Assembly (NCBI GenBank): GCA_951406725.2
Contig: OX597819.1
Span: 33,356,001-33,420,000, forward strand
Length of the DNA: 64,000 nucleotides
Reading direction: 5' to 3'
From: Octopus vulgaris
Lineage: Eukaryota
Under the pieces are notes generated by a model. The model searched no databases. It saw only the letters and a list, made by a program, of their open reading frames with translations, and had not been told where the DNA came from. Positions 56,523 through 64,000 of the stretch are shown piece after piece. The position numbers were made by a program, and so were the translations under genes. The first letter of the stretch is position 1. The number at the start of each line of letters is the position of its first letter.

Positions 56523-57708
56523 CTACAAAACAAAAACATTTGAATGGAATTGTTATCAATAAAAACTAGTAAACATTTCCTTTGACATAGTTACTAATTG
56601 ATTTTATAGCATTAAATAAAATATAGTTAATATGAATTAGACTCACTCTCCACTGAATTCAATATTCAATTAACTTTTAGCTTAAATTTCAGAGTTATCT
56701 CCCTTGCCTGTTATGACAAGATTTACTCATTTAAATTTCATATCATCATTAAGGCATGGGCATGGATGTGTGGTAAGAAGTTTATTTCCCAACCACATAG
56801 GGTTGGGTTCAGTCCCACTGTGTGGCACTTTGGACAAAAGTTTTCTGTAATAGCCATGAGTGGATTTGGTAGACAGAAACTGAAAGAAGCCCATATTACA
56901 TGCACACACACACGTGTGTGTGTGTGTGTGTGTGTGTCTTGTCTTCATATAGCATGATAGTGGTAAAATGGTTATCACTGTCATTCATTTCCAATATTCT
57001 GTGAGAAAAAACTGGCCTTATCAGGGCATCCAGCCATAGAAAAATCTGTCTCAAACTCCATAGGAAAATGGATGTTAAAATTAAATGATGAGGATGATGA
57101 TGATAATTAATGATGTAATTATATTGAGCTAAAATTTCTCAGGTTAATAACATTAAAATATATTAATGACAACTTTCCTATTGTGTTTCTTGTTCTTTAA
57201 CGATTTTGGTGAGCAAGCAGACGTGGCATTAAAAGGACCCATTTAGTTATGTTGAGCTGGGGACATGACTGTCTCTGTAATGTTGGGGAGGCTATGAAAA
57301 AAAATGTATCCAAACTATTCTTTAATGTGTAAGGTGGAAGGGATGTGAATCTGCTCTAGTAATGGTGCCACAAAAAAATATGCATTTAGTACATTCTGTG
57401 AAGTGGTTGGCATTAGGAAGGGCATCAAGCTGTAGAAACTGAGCCGAAGATGAAATTTAGATGTGATCTTCTGTTCTGACTTGGTTAGCAGCACCCGTAA
57501 ATATGTGCCAGCTGAACTGTAACAACTTGTCCAGCCCAAGCTAGCATGGAAAGTGGATGACAACGATGATGATGATGATGATGACAATGATGGTGATGAT
57601 GGTGAAGATGATGGTGATGATGAAGATGATAGCCCAATTAGCATGGAAAGTGGATGATGACAATGATGGTGATGGAGATGAAGGTGATGATGGTGATGAT
57701 GATGATGA

Positions 57709-57922
57709 TACTCTTTTACTCTTTTACTTGTTTCAGTCATTTGACTGTGGCCATGCTGGAGCACCACATTTAGTTGAGCAAATCGACCCCAGGACTTATT
57801 CTTTGTAAGCCTAGTACTTACTTTATTGGTCCCTTTTGCTGAACTGCTAAGTTACGGGGACGAAAACACACCAGCATCTGTTGTCAAGCGATGTTGGGGT
57901 GACAAAAATAGACACACAAACG

Positions 57923-57962
<40 letters not shown>

Positions 57963-58167
57963 TACATATATATATATATATACACATATATATACATACA
58001 TATATACGAAAGGCTTCTTTCAGTTTCCGTCTACCAAATCCACTCACAAGGCATTGGTTGGCCAGAGACTATAGTAGAAGACACTTGCCCAAGTTGCCAT
58101 GCAGTGGGACTGAACCCGGAACCATGTGGTTCGTAAACAAGCTACTTACCACACACCCACTCCTACG
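57709..58167 (-). mobile_element. SINE family B inserted into a (GAT)n tract
   Basis: Full-length copy with GAT repeats on both sides. Confidence 0.85.
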
Positions 58168-58169
58168 TC

Positions 58170-58211
<42 letters not shown>

Positions 58212-58529
58212 GAAGACAACAATGATTGTGATGATGATGGCGATGATGATGAAGATGATGACAACATTAGTTTGATATACAACAGAATCATCTGAATAGA
58301 CAATAAGTGAATAAGTTTATTATATTTTTAGATTGATATATATATTTAACAAGATTTATTTTCAACATACCCACCATCATATGATTATGAAGTTCTAGGA
58401 ATATTCTTTTTGTAGCTGATTTTTGCTTATACACTGAATCGCACTAGAAATCCTAGCCTGCAAGTCATCTACCAAGTGATGTTTTGTTCAATAAACAGTA
58501 AATTTTAGGTATCCCCATAAAATAAAAAT

Positions 58530-59010
58530 GTTCCTTTTCGGGCCATGCTAGGCTCATAAGGGCCGGTTTCCCGGTTTCAGTGGCATAGAAATTCCCCACC
58601 TGGATGGGACACCGGTCCATCACAGGATTACTCAATGATTTTTTATCTATGGGCCCCTTTGATTCCTATTTTACTCAGATGGACCCTTCATAGCCATTCG
58701 ATGTTTAAAAAATCCTATTATCATCATCATCATTTAGTATCCTCTTTCCCATGCTGGCATAGGTTGGACAGTTTGATATGGAGCTGACTAGCAGAGAACT
58801 GTCCAGACTACAATTGTCTGTTGAGGGATGGTTTCTATGGTTGGATGCCCTTCCTAATGCCAACCACTTAATAGAAGCTGAGTGGACTGGAGCAATGTGA
58901 AATGAAGTGTTTTGCCCAAGAACACAACGCATCGCCCGGTCCAGGAATCGAAACCACAACCTTATGACCATGAGTTCAACACCTTAACCACTAAGCCACC
59001 TGCCTCCACC
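58530..59010 (-). mobile_element. Chimeric SINE (family E head, family D-like tail) interrupted at 58628-58876
   Basis: The head matches family E and the tail contains CCGGTTTCCCGGTTTC as in family D. Confidence 0.7.
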
Positions 59011-59110
59011 CATAAAATAAAGTTGAAGTAATTTTATTTTTCTTTAGCATAAAATTATCCTATAATTTTTTATTGTCAATGATAAAACAGAAGCATCAAC
59101 TTTCTAAATA

Positions 59111-59610
59111 TCTATATATATAAAAGTTGTGTGTCTGTCTCCTACGATTTAGATTCCTAACTCCTTCCACATTTTGTGGCGCAGTTTAACCAAATTCTGG
59201 TATCTTATAGTCGTGATTAATATCAAGCCTGTCTGGCTATTAGCGCGTGTCTACGATGAGTCTACAATTTTAAAAATAATTTAACATCATTTTTTATTCC
59301 ATTTTAATGCATAATTTTTCGTGTGTTGATGGCGGCGGAGTTGGCATCCATGGTCACACCTGCACCTGTTTGCTTCTCCCCCTTCTTCCCTCGTGAAGCT
59401 GTGGGGAAGGGAGTGTAAGGAAATCAACGTCGTAAAGCGTTGTCAAGGAGACCAGCGTTCTTTTAGAACAACGACTTCATGGCTTGAAGACACCAAAACA
59501 GAAATGGCTAAGAAAGCCCGAATTGGCATCTATAAGGGAAGTAACTCTCTAGAAATGCTTATATAGTTATTTCCCTTACAAACCCGAGCAACACCGGGCG
59601 ATACTGCTAG
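59111..59610 (+). mobile_element. Non-autonomous Helitron, copy 1
   Basis: a|TC start, ends CCCGAGCAACACCGGGCGATACTGCTAG. Confidence 0.85.
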
Positions 59611-60010
59611 TCTTTATATATAAAAGTGAGGTTGTGTGCTGTCTGTCTCCTACGATTTAGATTCCTAACTACTCCCACATTTTGCGGTGCAGTTTAACCA
59701 AAACCGGGTATCTTATAGTCGTGATTCATATCGAGCCCTTCTGGGTATTAGCGCATGTCTACGATGAGTCTACGATTTAAAAAAAAATTTACCATAATTT
59801 TTTTCCATTTTAATGCATTTTTTTCGCTATTACATAAGGGAAGTAACTCTCTAAAAATGTCTACGATGAGTCAACGATTTAAAAAAAATTACCATCATTT
59901 TTTTGCCATTTTTAATGCATTTTTTTGCTATTTTTTGGCTATAACTCTCTAAAAATGCATATATAGTTATTTCCCTTACAAACCCGAGCAACGCCAGGCG
60001 ATACTGCTAG
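59611..60010 (+). mobile_element. Non-autonomous Helitron, copy 2 (tandem)
   Basis: TC start directly after the CTAG of copy 1, ends ...GATACTGCTAG|t. Confidence 0.85.
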
Positions 60011-60057
60011 TTCTTTATAAATTAAAGCAATAAAAAATGTTACAAAAACATGTATTC

Positions 60058-60660
60058 ATCTTTTATCTTTTACTTCTTTCAGTCATTAGACTGCAGCCAT
60101 GCTGGAGCAACACCTTGAAGAAATTATAGTTGAATCCATCAATCTCAGGACATACTATTTTTTTTAAGCTTGGTATTTATTCTGTTGATCTCTTTTGCTG
60201 AACCCTTAGGTTATGGGGATATAAACACATCAACACAAGTTGTTAAGTGATGGTGGGAGACTAACATGCACAAACACACACACACATCATGAGCTTCTTT
60301 CCATTTCTGTCTACCACGTCCACTCATGTGGCTTTGGTCAGCCTGGGGCTATGGCAGAAGACACTTGCTCAAGATGCCATGCAGTGGGACTGAACCTAGT
60401 ACCATGTGGGTGGGAAGAAAGTGGATGATCATGATGATGAAAATTATGACGATGGCAATGATGATGATGACGATGAAGATGATGAGATGATGATGGTGAC
60501 GATGATGATGATGATGATGATGAAGATGACGATGATGGTGATGATGGTGGTGAGGATGATGATGATGATGATGGTGATGATGATGGTGATGATGATGATG
60601 AGGATGATGAGAATGAGGATGATGATGATGATGATGAGGATGAGGATGATGATGATGATT
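60058..60660. repeat. Family B SINE (minus, to about 60418) and (GAT)n tract
   Basis: Directly visible. Confidence 0.75.
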
Positions 60661-61185
60661 AGTACATCCTGTTAACAATACTATTAAGATGGCCAGTTTA
60701 GCAACACAATTATTTAAATGTCCAGTTAAACCCAAAACACACATACCAAAACAACTGCAAAAATCTATTTTCCTTTAAACTTTAGATTAAACTTTAGATT
60801 AAACTTCATTTTGAGTTGCTAACTGCATTTAATTAGCCAGTAAGAAGCTAATCTACTATGCAGCCAGCCAGACTGTTCTATCTAGATTGAGTCTGTTATA
60901 ATTAGAAGTAATTTCTTTAAATGTTAAATCACACAAAAAACTGCAAACCACATTACAAATTGTTCCAATTTACCATTTTGTGCTTTCCTCTCAATCAAAC
61001 ATTGAACGTACAATACAATTACAGACTCCATTGGAATGCAACACATTGAGTGCAATGAACTAGCTGGCTTCTCCAAAACTTTCAGTCTTTTGTGTGTGTG
61101 TGTGTGTGTGTGTTTACGTGTGTGTGCGAGCATGCGCGCATGTGTACATGTGTGTATCCACATGTCAGGATACATCATCATCATT

Positions 61186-61216
<31 letters not shown>

Positions 61217-61504
61217 AGCACTTTCTTCCCAACTACATGGTACTGGGTTCGGTCCCACTGCAGGGCATCTTGAGTAAGTGTCTTCTGCTTTAGCCCCAGG
61301 CTGACCAAAGCCACATGAGAAGATTTGGTAGACAGGATCTTTGATTTTTGACTATATTAATGGTTCTCAACCAGGGTCCATTTGACCCCTGGAGGTCCAC
61401 AAAAGATTTTGTTGCCATAAATTGTGTGCAATGAATTTGCTATGCCCTTACAAATTATTTTAACAGTTTTTTTCTTATACAATTCCTAAAAATATTCAAT
61501 TTAA

Positions 61505-62355
61505 AAAGTGCAAGAGAGAAGACTGTGCTGGTTTGGTCATGTGATGTGTATGGATGAGGACAGCTGCATAAAGAAGTGCTGAGCTCTAATTGTGGAGGGT
61601 ACCTGTGGAAGGGGTAGACCCAGGTAGACATGAGACAAAGTTGCAAGAAAAGATCTTTGGATGCTGAGCCTCACTAAGGAGATGACAGGAGACCTAGGGA
61701 AGTGGCAATTTGCTGTTCTTGGTAAGATGCATCAAGCTAAGTAAAACCACTGTCTTCGATGCATGCAGGCTTGTCCTTTGGGTGCTTGTGTCACTTAAGA
61801 AGAACTTGGTGGAGGCACATGGCCTAGTGGATAGAGCAGCAGACTCGCGGTTGAGGGATCGCCTGTTTGAATTTCAGACCAGGCGATGTGTGTGTTTATG
61901 AGCAAATCACCTAAGCTCCATGGGGCTCCAACAGAAGGTAATGGCAAACTTCCGCTGACTCTTTCGCCATAAATTTCTCTCACACTTTCCTCCTGCATCT
62001 TGTATCTCACCTGTGACGGACTGGCATACTATCCAGGTGGGGAGCCTATATGACAAGGAAACCGGGAAACCGGCCCTTATGAGCCAGGCATGGCTTGAGA
62101 AGGAAAAAGAACTTGTGCCGGTGCTGTGTTAATACACTTGTGCTGGTGCTACGTAAAAGTACCTGTGCTGGTAGCATTGTAAAACGCACCTAGAGAATTC
62201 TATTAAGTGGTTGGCATTAGGAAGGGCATCCAGCCATAGAAACCATCCCTCAACAGGCAATTGTAGTCTGGACAGTTCTCTGCTAGTCAGCTCCATATCA
62301 AGCTGTCCAACCCATGCCAGCATGGGAAAGAGGATACTAAATGATGATGATGATA
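61505..62355 (+). mobile_element. RTE LINE 3' fragment and tail with a nested family D SINE (61809-62110)
   Basis: VQERRLCWFGHVMCMDEDSCIKKC*ALIVEGTCGRGRPR*T*DKVARKDL. Same family as 4968-6370. Confidence 0.8.
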
Positions 62356-62569
62356 ATAGGATTTTTTAAACATCGAATGTCTATGAAGGGTTCATCTGAG
62401 TAAAATAGAAATCAAAGGGGTCATAGGTAAAGAATCATTGAGTAACATATGAACAAAAAATGATGGCAATGATGGTAACAGTAGCACCAAAGGCAACAAC
62501 TGATAACATTATATTATGGCCAAGTTCAAAGTTAAAAGCCAACAGGCACAAATATACATAATATCTTAG

Positions 62570-63292
62570 TCTTTTATCTTTTACTTGTTTCGGTTATTAG
62601 ACGTGGCCATTTTGGGGCACCACCTTGAAGCATGGCACTGCCTAGTTGATTGAACCAACACTAGTACTTGTAGGTTTTTAAGCCAGATATTTATTCTATT
62701 GATCAGTTTTGCAGAATTGCAAAGTTACAGAGACATAAACACACCAACACTGGTTATCAAGTGGTGGAGGGAGTCCAAAGACACACACACACACATATGA
62801 CAAGGTTCTTTCAGTTTCTGTCTACCAAATCCACTCACAAGGCTTTGGTTAACCTGATGCTGTATAGTAGAAGACACTGACGCAACGTACCACACATTAC
62901 AACTGAACCTGAAACCATGTAGTTGGGAAGCAAGCTTCTTACTACACAGCCACTCCTGTGACTATATCAATAAAGGGGTAAAGGGTAAAGGCCCTCTTCG
63001 GTCATGAATGACCATGGGATTGCACCTAGAAAGTTACCCTCCTAGACACAAGTCCGGGCAAGGTTGTTTATGGAAACCCAGCAGTCGCCCATGCATACCA
63101 GCCTCCCCACTCCATGCCACCAGTGTCATCCAAGGGAAAGACAAAGGTCAATACAGCTTGGCACCTGTGACGTCGCAACTCATTTCTACAGCTGAGTGAA
63201 CTGGAGCAACGTGAAATAAAGTGCCTTGCTCAAGAACACAACATGCAGCCAGGTCCGGGATTCGAGCTCACAACCTCACGATCGTAAGCTCA
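62570..63292 (-). mobile_element. SINE family B (62570-62961) and family E (62975-63292)
   Basis: Family motifs. Confidence 0.8.
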
Positions 63293-63388
63293 ATGATACT
63301 TTAAAAACATGAGTTAACTGTCCATTTTGCTATTGTCTAACATAAGTAAAAAAATGTATCTGAGACAGTCTTTTTTATTTCTTGTTTA

Positions 63389-63592
<204 letters not shown>

Positions 63593-63667
63593 TTAAACTT
63601 GAAATGATTAGTTGATTAGTACTATTTAAGTCACTTTGAAATCGAGCTGTTATTTTATATAGGAAAT

Positions 63668-64000
63668 CCCCACCACCACCACTGTTGCCACTAGCACCCT
63701 CACTACCTGTCACCACCACCATTGTCATCACCACAATTGCCACTGTCCATACCACCACCATTTTGCTGCCACCATCACCACCACCACCACCACCACCGCC
63801 ACCACTACTGTTGCCACTACCACCACCACCACCACCACCATCACCACTACCACCACCACCACCGCCACCACTACTGTTGCCACTACCACCACCACCACCA
63901 CCACCACCACCACCACCACCACCACCACCACCACCACCACCACCACCACCACCACCATCACCACCACCACTGTTGCCACTACCACCATCACCACCACCAC
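63668..64000. repeat. (ACC)n low-complexity tract
   Basis: Directly visible. Confidence 0.9.

Overview
AT-rich, repeat-dominated animal genomic DNA. The SINE and microsatellite repertoire suggests an octopus/cephalopod (inference). The only host gene I can support is the 3' end of a PLEKHH1/2 (MAX-1-like) gene on the minus strand: four FERM-domain exons at 63413-63542, 56445-56522, 14179-14331 and 12254-12337, with one intron of about 42 kb. The rest is several tRNA-derived SINE families, RTE LINE fragments, Tc1, mariner, maT and Chapaev3-like transposon relics, MITEs, non-autonomous Helitrons, a tRNA-Asp pseudogene and microsatellites. Nearly all ORFs in the supplied track are repeat artefacts. 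The most notable signal is six distinct minimal type-I hammerhead-ribozyme motifs in short non-coding Penelope-like segments, one with a compensatory G3-C8 core on the pre-mRNA strand. Also notable are a minisatellite derived from an exon/donor junction, two local templated insertions, a head-to-tail Helitron dimer and long palindromes. All calls were made by eye, and repeat boundaries are approximate.
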